In this document: positions 38,330-51,757 of the stretch, one piece after another
Numbering within the stretch: the first letter of the stretch is position 1
How the letters are laid out: every line of letters starts with the position of its first letter
Assembly: GCF_018350175.1 (NCBI RefSeq)
Contig: NC_058368.1
Location: 233,246,001-233,310,000 of the forward strand
Direction: 5' to 3'
DNA from: Felis catus
Lineage: Eukaryota
DNA: 64,000 nt
Program-made: the position numbers and the translations under genes
The notes under the pieces: generated by a model
The model's input: the letters and a program-made list of their open reading frames with translations, nothing else
Database searches by the model: none
Told to the model about the DNA's origin: nothing

Positions 38330-39420
38330 TGGCTTTCTGGTTTTCTATTGTATGTATTTTTTCTATTTAATTCCATTCTTCTCTCATCTTGATAGATTCT
38401 TTTATATTCTTGGGAGTTTAATTTACTGGTCATTTTCTAACTTACCAGTATATGAGCTTACATCATGGACTTTTAAGCTTTTTTAATTTCATAATGTAAC
38501 AATTTAGACCCACAGATTTAGACCCAGAGCACTGATTGAGTCATATACTACAAATTTAGGTATGTCCATTTTTTCACCACAATGTTTTCTGATTCCCTTT
38601 GTGATTTTTCTTTGACTTGTGGGTCATTTTGTGTATTGCTTATTTTTCAAATATTTGGGGTTTTTTTCTAGTTTCATTTTAGTTCTTGACTTTTGGCTAA
38701 TTCTTAGAAAACCTGTCATACAGTCTTCGTCTTTTTGAAAGTTGGTCTATTCTGGCAGATATTCAGTATAAACCAGAAAAGAACCCCTGTTTAGAAGGTA
38801 TTGGTGTTATATAGGTCAACCAGGCCCATTGGTTTTGTTGCTTAAAATCTTCTAAATGTTAACTGTTTTGTCTTTTTGTCTGCTCATTCTCTCCACTACT
38901 AAGTGTGGTATTATATTTCTCAACTCAGATTTTGATTATTTTTTTTTTTGAAGTTACTATTCAGTTTTTACTTCCCTTTGCTGCCGATTTTTTTTTTAAT
39001 TTTATTTATTTTCGAGAGCTAGAACAAGTAGGGGAGGGGCAGAGAGAGAAGGGGACAGGGGATCTGAAGCAGGCTCCGTATGGACAGCAGAGAGCCCAAT
39101 GTGGGGCTCGAACCCATGAATCGTGAGAACATGACCTGGTCTGAAGGCAGCCGCTTGAGCAAGTGAGCCACTCGGGCGCCCGCCCAACTCAGATTTTAGA
39201 TTTGGTCTTTCCTCCTTTTAGCTTTTCTGACAAGTGTATATATTTTGGAGGTTTGTTATTAGGTGCGTATGTACTTAGGATTTTCATGTCCTCCTTATTC
39301 ATTCTAATCACCATGAACATACCTCCACTAGCGTTTCTTGAACTTTTCATGTTGATTTCACTGCATCTGCTTTGTTTGCACAGCATGTCCTTTTCCAAGC
39401 TTTCAGACAGTGTCTCTTCT
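38330..39420 (-). mobile_element. Old L1 ORF2 fragment with SINEC at 38988-39184
   Basis: ORF 39189-39398 (EDMKILSTYAPNNKPPKY...KLKG) resembles the L1 ORF2 endonuclease motif IYAPN. Confidence 0.75.
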
Positions 39421-39463
39421 AAACAGCATCTGCATGGGTTTGCTTAATATTCTTTTATTTATT

Positions 39464-39667
39464 GGGCACCTGGGTGTCTCAGCCAGTTGAGCGTCCAACT
39501 GTTGATTTCAGCTCAGGTCATGATCTCATGGTTGCGGGATCGAGCCCCGTGTTGGGCTCTGCACTGAGCCTAGAGCCTGTTTGGTCTCCCGCCACCCCCC
39601 ACCCCCACCCCGTCCCTTCCTCCCTCCCTCTCTAGATAAATAAACATTTTTTAAAGAGGAAAAAAAA
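39464..39667 (+). mobile_element. SINEC
   Basis: GGGCACCTGGGTGTCTCAG head and AATAAA tail. Confidence 0.9.
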
Positions 39668-39989
39668 TTTTTTTTACTTGTTTAGTACATTTAAAATAAT
39701 TACTGAATCCTTGGTTGGTCCAGCATGCTCATTAGACATAAAGCGAGGATGTAAGTTTTATGAGGCTTGGCTTTCCAGAAAATGTTACATTCACTGTGTA
39801 ATTTTGGTCACACAGACATCCCATCATCTAAACAGCCCTCTTGTGTGAGTGATGCCCCCCTTATGTAACACACGCATGTGCTGAATCTCAGCCAGGGCCT
39901 ACGGTACCGTGGAGGAACAGGGGAGGTGGGCCTAGATGTCTCTGCACCTCCCCCACGTCCTCAAATTCCCTGCACACCTGACGTTAGTA

Positions 39990-40582
39990 AAGGCAGATAC
40001 TGGTTAAGATCTCTGACTCTCGCGACCCTTTCTATCACGTCAGCTCTCTATGCGATTTCGCTGTTCCAACCTGGGACCCCTTCAGTTCAGTCTCGACCAG
40101 AGGAAGCTCTCAGGAGCGGAGCGAGATCAGGTCACTCCTCCAGCCAAGTGGCTTTCTAGACACTCAGAGGAAACGCCATCATCTCCAACAGCCTCAAGGC
40201 ATGCACAGTCAGACCTCCCCTTGTCTCTTCTGTTCCTCACATTTGCGACACTGTCCTACATCAGGGCCTTTGTCCTGTCCCCTCGGCCTGAGGAAATCCA
40301 CAATGGCTGGCTCCCTGTCCCTCTCAAGTCTTTCCCTTCCCAGTGAGGTTCTACTTGCCGGTACACGAGATCTCCTCCAGACCACTCTCTCCGTAGCCTC
40401 CACCTCCTTCTCAGACACGTACAACCGGTACGTCTATTCATTCGTTGCTGTCTCTCCTCAACGTAAGAACGCAAGCTTCCTGGGAACAGACGCGTTTCAT
40501 CTGTTGTGTTCACTGCTGTAGCCACAGTGCTTTGAGCAGTACCTGAAAAAGTATACTTTCAAGTATCTGTGAAGTGGATGAA
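39990..40582. mobile_element. L2 3' fragment
   Basis: GCAAGCTTCCTGGGAACAGAC...TGTTCACTGCTGTAGCCACAGTGC. Confidence 0.65.
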
Positions 40583-42034
40583 ATTCCCCTCTGGGTACCG
40601 TTCTGGCTGCACCCCACGGGTACATCTAGCCCTTCAAAAGAAATCCGCCCCAGATACTCCGTAATCCGTTTTTATTTCCTCCCATGCTATGGATCATTTG
40701 CAGGTGTTTAAAATTACGATGTTCTCTGTGGGTTACTTTTTATAGTTCATTTTTAACCCCCTAAGGGTCAGAGAACAATGCCTTATGTTATGCAACCTGT
40801 TTTCTCTTCTGGCCTCGTTCATAATCGATTTTAAGTTTCAGGTGTATTTCAAAGCAAGGAGGGTCCCAGTTTGTCGGATGTGGCACATATACCCAGTTTT
40901 CTAATTATCAAGCTCAAATTCTCATGTTTTCTCAATCTGATTCAGTTTAGAATCCATCAGGACAGACATACAGATGTGCTACATAGAGCGAAGAACCTCC
41001 TGGGCCCAGTCAGCTTTCTAGTGAGAAACCCCCATTGCAGAGAGCTACCCCAAGTTCTGGCTTTCGCTCATCAGTGTCGTTACTGAAAGTAATGGGTCTG
41101 AGAGCGGCTCGTCAGAACAACTGAGGTTAGGAAGCATCTCTTACTGGTAACACCAGTGGTGCTCCAGATAGGACGGAATCCAGACAGAGTAATTCAGAGG
41201 TAGTCGCCACCCGCAAAGGTCAGACTATCTAGCAAGGCCCTTGGGTAGTGCCTGAGACTTAGCCCTAAAATAGCCCCGTGTCCCCACTGGGTTGGAGGGC
41301 AGCCCACGGCGTCAGGAGGAACAAAATCCTGCCCCTGGCACATCAAAACCACCTCGAAACTTTTCCTGGAAGACGCCGTGGACCATCTAGAGAGAGAGAC
41401 CCGGAACCCCACTAAGCTGACGTAACAGGCTCCAGGAGCTGTCGTGTGTCGGATCGCGAACGCGCTTTTAATAAACACAGTACAGGATCTGAGCTGACGC
41501 CTATCTTCACCATCGCTCACTGGCGAGGCTGCGAGGGAGCTGACCGACCGGCTCCAACACCTGACACCCAGCAGCGTCTAACAGGACTAACCTGGAGGCC
41601 GTATGCAGACAAGACGGCCCAGGATGGGCTCCAGCGCCACCGGGTGGCCTGTCTGTCACCTTCTCTGTACAGGGCAGTTGCGGGTCACGGTATAGACAAT
41701 ACTGGCAGGGGAACACGAGCTCTCGTAACCTCTCGTTACAGTTGTCAAAAGTAAAGAACGTGGTGCTTTGCCCTTTTCAACGTTCTCATCTTAAGTCCTT
41801 TTTGGCTGATACATACAAGCACGTGCTTATCATTAAGTCTGTAACTGGATTTGTTTGATAGGTTCTGTTTTTTTAGATTTGTTTAAATATAAATTTGTTA
41901 TATATGAATAATATAATTCTATATATAATTCTAAATCTATAAAATAATAGGTTAGATTTGTTATAAAATATACGAAATAAGACTAGAGAATAATGTAACA
42001 AACAGGCATAAAGCTTTATCAAATCTTAACATTA

Positions 42035-42040
42035 TTTATT
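42035..42040 (-). terminator. MTRR: Candidate MTRR poly(A) signal AATAAA
   Basis: TTTATT on plus strand; first canonical hexamer I found downstream of the stop; context resembles my recollection of the human MTRR mRNA end. Confidence 0.55.
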
Positions 42041-42199
42041 TTTCAAAATGACCAGGAACCTGTGGCAGGTAGATTTGTTTTATAAATGCCAATCTCTTGA
42101 ATAAAAAACCAGTGAACACCAGAGCCTAGAAAAATTAATACCCTTTTACGTTTTTTTTTTCTGTACTGACAAATTTTACAAGAATTTGTCACTGGGAGC

Positions 42200-42551
42200 T
42201 GTCGTAGGCTCTTGGGCGGCTGGAACAGCACACCAGACGGTGGGTGCCTTAGAAACCATTACTTCTCACGGTTCCGGAGGCTAGACGTCCACGAGGAGGG
42301 TGCCGGTGGGGCCCGACTCTGGAGAGAGCCCTCTTCTGGCCGCAGACTATGGGCTTCGTGTCCCCCCGCCAGGCAGGAGCCAGGGGGCTCTGGGGGGCCT
42401 CCCGTGTCAGGGTACTGATCCCATTCCTGAGGGCTCCACCCTCGGGACCCAAGTGCCTCCTAGAGGCCCCACCTCCTACTATCATCACAATGGAAGTTAG
42501 AACGGGAACACATGAATGGGGGTGGGGGGACATAAATATAAGACCGCAGTA
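42200..42551 (-). mobile_element. MaLR LTR (MLT1A-like) in the MTRR 3'UTR
   Basis: TTCTCACGGTTCCGGAGGCTAG, GAGGGCTCCACCCTC, GGCCCCACCTCCTA, CATGAAT..GGGGGGACA; degenerate 5-bp TSD GGAGC/GGAAT. Confidence 0.85.
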
Positions 42552-42940
42552 GGAATTCTTAGAACACAAGGACACTAATTTAAGTAGGTATTTTAAGCCT
42601 AGGACACAATTTGAGTGATAGCATGGGGTTAAAATAATGTAGAAAAACTAAAAAATATGCCAAAAGCAGAGGAGACGAACCGGGGGGGAGGGGGGGGAGG
42701 GGGGATGGAGGTGTAGTTTTACTAAAATATGTACTTGCTCGCATCTGTAAACTATGCAAATTTCCCTAAATTCTGGAACTATGATATTAAGAAGCAATTG
42801 TGGTAAGTCATATAAAATAGAATTTTAAAATATAGGTCACATTTTTAAAGTCATTTAAAAAAATCTCTGTAAGCATTACCTTAGTATTTTTTTATCAGAA
42901 ATATAGTCTTGGCAATAAATAATCATTTGACAAGGTTATA

Positions 42941-43333
42941 CAGATCTTTCTTAACTTACAGTGAGGTTACAGCCCAACAAATCCACTCTAAGTTGAAAAC
43001 CTCGTTAAGTCGAAAAGCATTTAATCCGCCTAAGCTACCGAACGTCACCGCTCAGCCCGGCCTACCTCACGGACGTGAGCCCTGAAGGTGCAGCTTAGTG
43101 CCGACCACCTCGATTTACCGAACGCTGCACCGAAAGAGACAAAACGTTTGCGCGGGTACAGACGGCGGCCGGGCCTGGGGACTCCGCCACGTCCCGCAAA
43201 CCGGAGAGCGAGACATCACTCGTCCCCGACCCGGGGAAAGAGCAAAACTCGAACTGTCGAGTACACTTTCTACCGGATGCGAACCGCTCTCACCCACTGT
43301 AAGGTCAAAACGTCGGACGTCAGGGACTGTCTG
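42941..43333. mobile_element. TcMar-Tigger non-autonomous DNA transposon (MER47/Tigger5-like)
   Basis: TA|CAGAT...GTCTG|TG termini; internal AAGTTGAAAA..TAAGTCGAAAAGCATTTAAT..CTACCGAAC motifs. Confidence 0.75.
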
Positions 43334-43812
43334 TGTCCATAAGTAATCACACACCACACACGGTTCATTTTAATACATGAATATTCTTTACGGTAGAGTT
43401 CACGTAAGAATAAATTATTTTCACCTTGTTTATAAAAACTGCCACATAAAGTTCACGAGCTTTAACTATCACCCGCTCGGCTCTAGGGCCCACGCCCTGT
43501 CCTGGGAAGCCTCGTCGCGTACAGACAGACGCCCTGTGAGCGGACGGAGGGACCTGTGACGTTCCCCAGGACGCAGTGGCCGGCCCGGGAGGCACCAGTG
43601 TAGGGGCTGAAGCGTGGAGTGCTGAGCGGCAGGGGCATTTATGGAAAACCAAGCCGGAAGTCTGCTGTAAGGGGAAGTGATCCACTCCTGCCCTACCTCC
43701 TCCAAGAAACCTTTTTTAATTTAGTTTTAAAAATTCAAAGTCTCAGTTTCAGTGAAATTGTCTTTTAGCGCTTTCAGCCAAAAAAGCACAACTCTTTTCT
43801 TTTCCTTTGATT

Positions 43813-44103
<291 letters not shown>

Positions 44104-44365
44104 CTAGCCTGTCAGCTGTCAGGCCTTCACCAGTGACCCATCCAAACCTCAGAGCTGATCACTGCCAGCTGGAAACCCTCAAAGGCGCCCCTGCTCCAGG
44201 AGCAGCCAAGTCCAAGGTCTCAGGACCCCATAAACCTAGCTCTGCTCATGGCCTTCATCCCCCCACTTCATTCTCCGGACACACAGCAGAACTTGCATTC
44301 CCAAGGGCAACCAGGTTTCCACCTACAAGCCTTCAAGCCTTCATATGGACACGCACATGCCTGTG

Positions 44366-44375
<10 letters not shown>

Positions 44376-44420
<45 letters not shown>
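44376..44420. repeat. (CA)n microsatellite
   Basis: Direct reading. Confidence 0.95.
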
Positions 44421-44423
<3 letters not shown>

Positions 44424-44640
44424 TATTAACAGACACATTAACTGTGGGCCTGGCTCTAAGTGCTTTGACATGTTTTAGCCTATTCACTTATAGGACAGGG
44501 TGAGGTGACCCTCCTGTGCCCCTGCAGTCCCCTCCAACCACCTGCTGATGTGGCTTTCCCAGCAGGGAGTAAGCTGTTTGGGGGCAGGGAATGTGCTGCA
44601 CTTATCACTCCACATCTGAACCGTGCCAGACAGGACGCTG

Positions 44641-44862
44641 GTGGCACCTGGGTGGCTCAGTCAGTTAAGCGTCTGAGTCTTGATTTTGGCTCAGGTCATG
44701 ATGTTGCAGCTCGCGGGATTGAGCCTCATGTTGGGTTCTGCGCTGACGGCATGGGGGCTACTTGGGATTCTCTTTCTCTCTCCCTCCCTCCCTCTCTGCC
44801 CTCCCCCGCTCGCTCACGCACCTGCACACATGCGCTCTTAAAAACAAACAAGTTAAAAAAAA
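44641..44862 (+). mobile_element. SINEC
   Basis: Head, (CT)n and A-tail. Confidence 0.9.
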
Positions 44863-45575
44863 ACAAGGTGTCAGGTAGGACTCCAAGATGTTGGGAACAG
44901 AACCTGTCCTGCCCTTGCGGTAACACTTCTTGAGAAAGGCGTCTCCAGGGGCCACCTCGACTTGGTCATGCTCCACCCTCCACCACTGCACCGGAGTTTT
45001 CATCCCCACAGCCCTTCCCTGTGGCGCTAGTGGCTGCAGCTGCCACGCCTCCTGGTCTCCACTGTCCTCTTGACTGTCAGCAGCACAAGGCTCCCGGCTT
45101 GGGACAGTGGTCCCTGGGCTGAGGGACAAGATCACTCCTGCTGAGGGGCTGGTCCGCATGAGGGCCCCACGGGGTCTCGTCCTGAGCCCCGACCACAGAC
45201 CACCATGATGCACATTATCAACTCCACCGCACAGATGGGAAAGTGAGGCACCAGTAATGAGTAAAGAACTATTCCTGAGTTAACATTTTAAGACTCTGGA
45301 CATGTAAGATATCCCCCAAGTTCTCAATTATCAGTTATCTGTAGACTTGTGCAACTGACTTTGCCTCTAGTAGTTCGAGCTGCATCTAAAACTCCAGCCT
45401 ATTCCTCATCATTGACAGCTCTACACTCTCCAAAGTGAAGGTCAAATACTTCTCTAAAAGCTAAATGAAAATGTAAACCAACATCATGTCCAGAATCTCT
45501 GCCTTTATCAACCAAAAGCAGAGAGTCAAAAATCCATTAATAGGTCACAAAATCAACTCAGCGGTCAAAACCAAT

Positions 45576-45829
45576 TTTTTTATTTTTTTTTTATTTTATT
45601 TTATTTTTTTTTAATTTTTTTTTTCCAACGTTTATTTATTTTTGGGACAGAGAGAGACAGAGCATGAACGGGGGAGGGGCAGAGAGAGAGGGAGACACAG
45701 AATCGGAAACAGGCTCCAGGCTCTGAGCCATCAGCCCAGAGCCTGACGCGGGGCTCGAACTCACGGACCGCGAGATCGTGACCTGAGCTGAAGTCGGACG
45801 CTTAACCGACTGCGCCACCCAGGCGCCCC
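45576..45829 (-). mobile_element. Young SINEC_Fc with TSD
   Basis: TSD AAAACCAATTTTT. Confidence 0.95.
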
Positions 45830-45978
45830 AAAACCAATTTTTTTAACAATAAGACAGAATAGACGTTATCACAACAGGTCATGAGAAGTCAACAGAAAAA
45901 GCTCTGTTTTATAAAACCTGTTTCAATTATATCTATTCCAGATCACTGTACCAGTATTTCTTCTTCGGTATCACAGTT

Positions 45979-46010
<32 letters not shown>

Positions 46011-46054
46011 CCTGACTTGGTGATTTACAACATGTTTTAAACACCAGGGATGTG

Positions 46055-46483
46055 GGGGCACCTGGGCGGCTCAGTCGGTTAAGCATCCAACTTCGGCTCA
46101 GGTCATGATCTCATGCCTTCTGGGTTCGAGCCTTGCGTTGGGCTCTGTGCTGACAGCTCAGAGCCTGGAGCCTGCTTCGGATTCTGTGTCTCCCTCTCTC
46201 TCTGCCCCTCCCTGGCTCACACCCTGTCTCTCTCTCTCAAAAATAAATAAAAATTTAAAAATAAATAAATAAATGGGGCGCCTGGGTGGCACAGTCAGTT
46301 AAGCGTCCGACTTCAGCCAGGTCACGATCTCGCGGTCCGTGAGTTCGAGCCCCACGTCAGGCTCTGGGCTGATGGCTCAGAGCCTGGAGCCTGTTTCCGA
46401 TTCTGTGTCTCCCTCTCTCTCTGCCCCTCCCCCGTTCATGCTCTGTCTCTCTCTGTCCCAAAAATAAATAAACGTTAAAAAAA

Positions 46484-46554
<71 letters not shown>

Positions 46555-46555
46555 A
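46055..46555 (+). mobile_element. Tandem SINECs (46055-46273; young SINEC_Fc 46274-46555 with long (TAAA)n tail)
   Basis: Outer TSD CCAGGGATGTG. Confidence 0.95.
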
Positions 46556-46624
46556 TGCCAGGGATGTGTTAGAATTAAAAACAACTACTTCTCACTTCAA
46601 AAGTCCTTTCTATTTAGCAGTTGT

Positions 46625-46843
46625 TTTTTTTTTTTAATTTTTTTTTTCCAACGTTTATTTTTGGGAGAGAGACAGAGCATGAACGGGGGAGGGGCAGAGA
46701 GAGAGGGAGACACAGAATCGGAAACAGGCTCCAGGCTCTGAGCCATCAGCCCAGAGCCCGATGCGGGGCTCGAACTCACGGACCGCGAGATCGTGACCTG
46801 GCTGAAGTCAGACGCTTAACCGACTGCGCCACCCAGGCGCCCC
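46625..46843 (-). mobile_element. Young SINEC_Fc
   Basis: Reverse-complement body; TSD AGCAGTT. Confidence 0.95.
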
Positions 46844-47421
46844 AGCAGTTTTTTTTTAATTCCACTGACAAGTTGGTAAGTTCCCCAAATTTTTATTTTT
46901 TATGGCAATTTTGGGATTTCTATAATAGATCTTGCTTCAAAAAGTAAATTAAACTTAACAAAGAAAATTCCTGGCTTAGGTCAACTTTGACATAAATTAT
47001 GCCTTGAAAAAAAAGGATCTTTAGATTCACATTCTCAGAGTAAAAAACCAGAGTTTTCCTTAGTTAGGTCAGCTGCACATGTCACATATTCTTGGATACA
47101 ACAAAATCAGTCCTGAGACTGCAAGTTCAATGATTAACGTCTTAATACCAAAAAGAACTTCTAGAGGCTAAAACATGTATTCAATACGGCACACGGCATT
47201 CTGAAAAGCAAGGATTAATTTTCACTTCTATTTTTCGGATAATGACAACACCTTGGCTGCTAAATGTATGTTAAAATCATTTTAGAACTTGTATTCCTAT
47301 TCCTGTACTTAGGAATCAAATCAGTCATCCCTACCCACCTAGGTTAACAGTCCCTGGTTCACTTAATAAGTATCATCAACTGTCTTCGCCGACCCGGCCC
47401 CTGAGCCTGACGGCCACTCAC

Positions 47422-47604
47422 CCACACACGTAAATGTAGCCGCTCTCCTTTAGAAGGACCCTGGCCACCTGCTTGCTGTGAAGCCACATGTTGTCTTGCA
47501 CATACTTCACTGGGGCTTCCTCCTCCCCGACAGGAGCATCTCTCGAGAAGGAAACCTTCAAGTGAGTTAGGATCCCGCGCTTATAGAAGTGCCGGAGCTC
47601 TTCT
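47422..47604 (-). CDS. MTRR: MTRR exon 14 (183 bp)
   Basis: tttcag acceptor, gtgagt donor; EELRHF...SFSRD...KYVQD...YIYVCG. Confidence 0.97.
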
Positions 47605-47667
47605 CTGAAATACGGTATATGAGTTACTTGAAAGTTCATCCTTTCAAGCTGAGAAAGCCTGGAATCA

Positions 47668-48075
<408 letters not shown>

Positions 48076-49081
48076 AAACCAAGCTATTAGGTCAGGAAAT
48101 ACCCCCAAGAAACCGAGGCAGGGTTTGCAGTCACTGAGTGACCACTGTGCCATGTTCCCAGGGATCCCCGGTCCCTCCAGCAGCCGCTACAACAGGCATT
48201 ACCTGTGGGCTGCAGGCACCTACGAGCATTTCGTGGGGATCTAGGAGGATGACCCAGAACATCACAGTGTGAAACCTACACTGACTTCTACATTCAATAT
48301 TGATAGCGACTCTGTGAATAAAATTAACTCTCAATTAATGGAATGGAAACGTGGCCCCGGGCTTTAAGCAGGAGAACGATCTGCTGAGAACTGTTTCAGA
48401 AATGACACAGCGATGAGACGAGCCGGCCACGTCTGCCCTTCCTCTCTGCTCCCTTGAGGAAAAAACGAAAACAAAGTAAAAACAACAAAAAGACTCTGTC
48501 CACAGGATATTACACCGCTATGTGGAGACCAGCACACAAAAAGAATCGTTCATGATTTCACAGACAGGGAGAGAAGGACAACTTGTTTTACATCAAATAG
48601 TTCTATACGGATACGAAGACACGTCTATTCAGGTCAATCTGCTGAAAATTACTGACGTTTGGGTTTAACTTTGAACCTCTGGTGTAAGCGAATCTCCGTC
48701 AGTAGCAGGATTATCTAGTTAAGGGACACATGGGACAGTGTGCACATCATCACAACAGAAAGTGCTGCCTGAAATCTGTCCCCAACTACACGTTATAAAC
48801 TATGTGCAGCTGGGGGAAAAAAAAGAAAGATAAAGTGCTGCCGTAAAAAGAGAGCTTCTAACACAAAACGAAACCTCTGGGAGACAGCAGATTTACTTTT
48901 CCCACGGTGACAAATTACGCTATGCGATCACACATTTGATAATAATTTTTTAAAATAAAAATTTTACAACCCAAGTCCAATATCCAAAAAAGTCACTGCG
49001 GAAACAAAAAAGGTGCTCTGTTGTATTTCTAGCCAGTATCACAAGGGATACAGTTTCTCACTAGTCAAAGAAAGCACACAC

Positions 49082-49200
49082 CTGTGTTGCAGGAAACCAA
49101 TGAAGGGCGCTATGCCAGTTCCTGGACCCACCATTATGACGGGGGCAGCGGGGTCACTCGGTAAGTGGAAAAAACCGGTCGTTCGAGGAGAGATGGAGAT
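49082..49200 (-). CDS. MTRR: MTRR exon 12 (119 bp)
   Basis: ttccag acceptor, gtgtgt donor; ISISPR...[18 protein letters not shown]. Confidence 0.97.
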
Positions 49201-50926
49201 CTGGAATATTAAACCAATGCTCGTGAGTCCTAAAGAAAACCTAGACAAAGGCACGTAAGCAAGATGATCTTTGCCAGAGAAATTAAACAGCAGTATCAGA
49301 TCTGACTGAAACCGTGAACATTTCCACCGCCAAAGAGAAAAACACAAGCCTGTCTTGCAAAGTTTTACTTTCCGTTGAAATCAAAGGTGCTTTAAAAATG
49401 ACAGGTATATTTTGAAGGTAGAACACTGAACAGATACAATCACATTCTTGTCCTGGGCCCGTGGATAAGATCTGCTTTCTAGTAGGCAACCCATTATATG
49501 TATCATGGAGAAATGCACGAAATCCCGAAGACAGGATTCTCTGTGTTCGCACACGGAGGGGCAACGAAGATTAACAAGATGGAGTGAAAGTTTCCAGTGC
49601 AAATTAGGCAACTGAAGGAAAAAGCAGAGGGTGGCTCCAAAGATGCTAGAGAATTGTGCTGTATTTGTTAATCTGGGGTCAACGTTACGTGTCTGCAAAA
49701 GGGGAAGAATAAATAAGCCGAATACACAGATAAATACAACCTTTTTGCTAAAATTTCCAAAGATTGTTCTTCTAACCTGTGTTACAGAAATACTTACAAG
49801 GAATCAACTTCTAAATATATTTCAGTTCCAGTCTCACTTTGCTCTGCGCAGAAGTTATACCGGGTAATGGGAAACTGCTCTACACACCCATGTGTAATTA
49901 TAGACGTTTTCTCCTTCGGTGGAAGGAAAATCATACGAGGTTCATCAATGGGATGAACACTGTACTTTTTAAACAAAGAACCAGCAGAGCTGTGAGTGAA
50001 TGCGTGCTCTCATTCTAGTCATTAACGTTACCTTGGCCTTGACTCATTCACGTATGAGTCTCCCTGCCAGTACTCAAGAGGACAAGCACTACGGATACAG
50101 AAACGAACAAAAGAAGATCCCTGTCTCCGAGGACTTACGTTTTCGGAACAAGAGACGATAATCAGACATTTGTCCGTAAAATGACTGGTAATAAGACCCG
50201 TGAGGCAAAACAAGACAGGATACACCGGGTATGACGGGAGTGTGTTGGTGACAGGGACCGCGAGGCAACCAGCATCGGTCCACTCTCGCTGCAGCAGACC
50301 CCACACGGCTCACAACGCCTCCACACGTCTTCCTGGCTCTCCTGTAAGGCTACGGGTTGGCTATAGCTCTCTGCACCACAGACCAACTTCACCCACTTCC
50401 AAGCCCCAGCAGCGTCCCTGACCCGCGGCGTCCCGTCCTCCTATCACAGCCGCACCGGCAGGGAGCTCCCGCCGGGCCAGGCACGCATCCTGTCCGCTCG
50501 CGCCTCATGGCGTGATCTGGCCACACACCGTCGGGAGGGGCGGTCCACGCCTCCCAGGGACAGGGGGCGTCTGTCACAGTTGTCCCATCTACCCGCGCGG
50601 GGAGGGTGTGGAGTGGGTCACGTGACCCTTAACAGTCCCTACACTTCCTAATAAAACGTGTGCTAAGCAGCACAGTTGAAATCGTATCCTTTTCCCGGTA
50701 CTTCTAATGCCTCAACACTGAGGGGCCTACAATAAAAGATCTGTTAAAGCGGAGAAAGGAGCGAGAAAAGGGTGGAAGGGAGGAAAGAATGTGTAAAAGG
50801 CACCCGTGCTGAGTGGCTGTGATATGTGTGGCGCACACATGTTCAACTTTCTGGAGATCATCTCTTTTCATAGGATCGTACGACATAGTACGGTCCTGTC
50901 GGTATTGTAGTATTTCTTTTCAAAAC

Positions 50927-51145
50927 CGGGGTGCCTGGGTGGCCTAGTCGGTTGAGGATCCGACTTTGGCTCAGGTCATGATCTCTCGGCTCATGAGTTG
51001 GAGCCCCGCGTCCGGCTCTGTGCTGACAGCTCAGAACCTGGAGCCTGCTTCCGATTCTGTGTCTCCCTCTCTCTCTCTGCTCACACCCTGTCTCTCTCCT
51101 TCAAAAATAAACATTAAAAAAAAATTTTTAATTAAAAAAAACAAA
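50927..51145 (+). mobile_element. SINEC
   Basis: Head, body and A-tail. Confidence 0.9.
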
Positions 51146-51757
51146 AAGAAGAACAGTGTGTTAGGTTAATATTTTGTTGACGCGTGAACCCAGGAGTACA
51201 GGGCGCAGGGGAGGAGACGGGGTCTCTCTCTCAGACGCCTCCGTCCAGGCAGCAGGCTGGCAAAATACCGCAGTAAAGGGCAACTTCAAGCAGCAGTTTC
51301 CCACAAGCCCTCTCAAGTATACACCGAGCCTTACTACCCCCTCAGGGCACGAACTCTTCCACTGCAATAACTTACAACCACCACATCCGTCCTAAGATAA
51401 GGCTACAAATGACAGGTACGTTTTTTTTCAATACCACAGAGAAAGACGACTTCGTGATAAAGCCTGAAATGTCTTGTTTAATTTCAACCATCCTCGTGGG
51501 CGAGCAGGGACTTTAAACTGTTCCTTTCGCCGCAGTCTTGAGTGAGATTCTGCCCATGCTGTATCAAAACACGAAGGATGGGCACTAAGTCCAGATGTAA
51601 AAGTGTCCACAGTTCACAAAATCGAGTCACATTTTTCTCCCGTGTGTTTAAAAAGCCATTTTGCCACATTATGCCTTCACATTAACAGCACTAATTCGAA
51701 TTCTATACCACATCTGTGACAAAAAGGGAAGAAATAGGGTGAAACCCTAGTACCCTA

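Larger units (their letters stand above)
42015..43812 (-). other. MTRR: Probable MTRR 3'UTR
   Basis: Lies between the TAA stop and AATAAA at 42035-42040; ATTAAA variants at ~43715 and ~43369 could give shorter ends. Confidence 0.55.

Noticed and set aside
39189..39398. ORF resembling an endonuclease
   Set aside because: A decayed L1 ORF2 fragment, not a host gene.
40990..41420. Possible old LTR fragment
   Set aside because: LTR-like composition, but no termini or family motifs I can identify.
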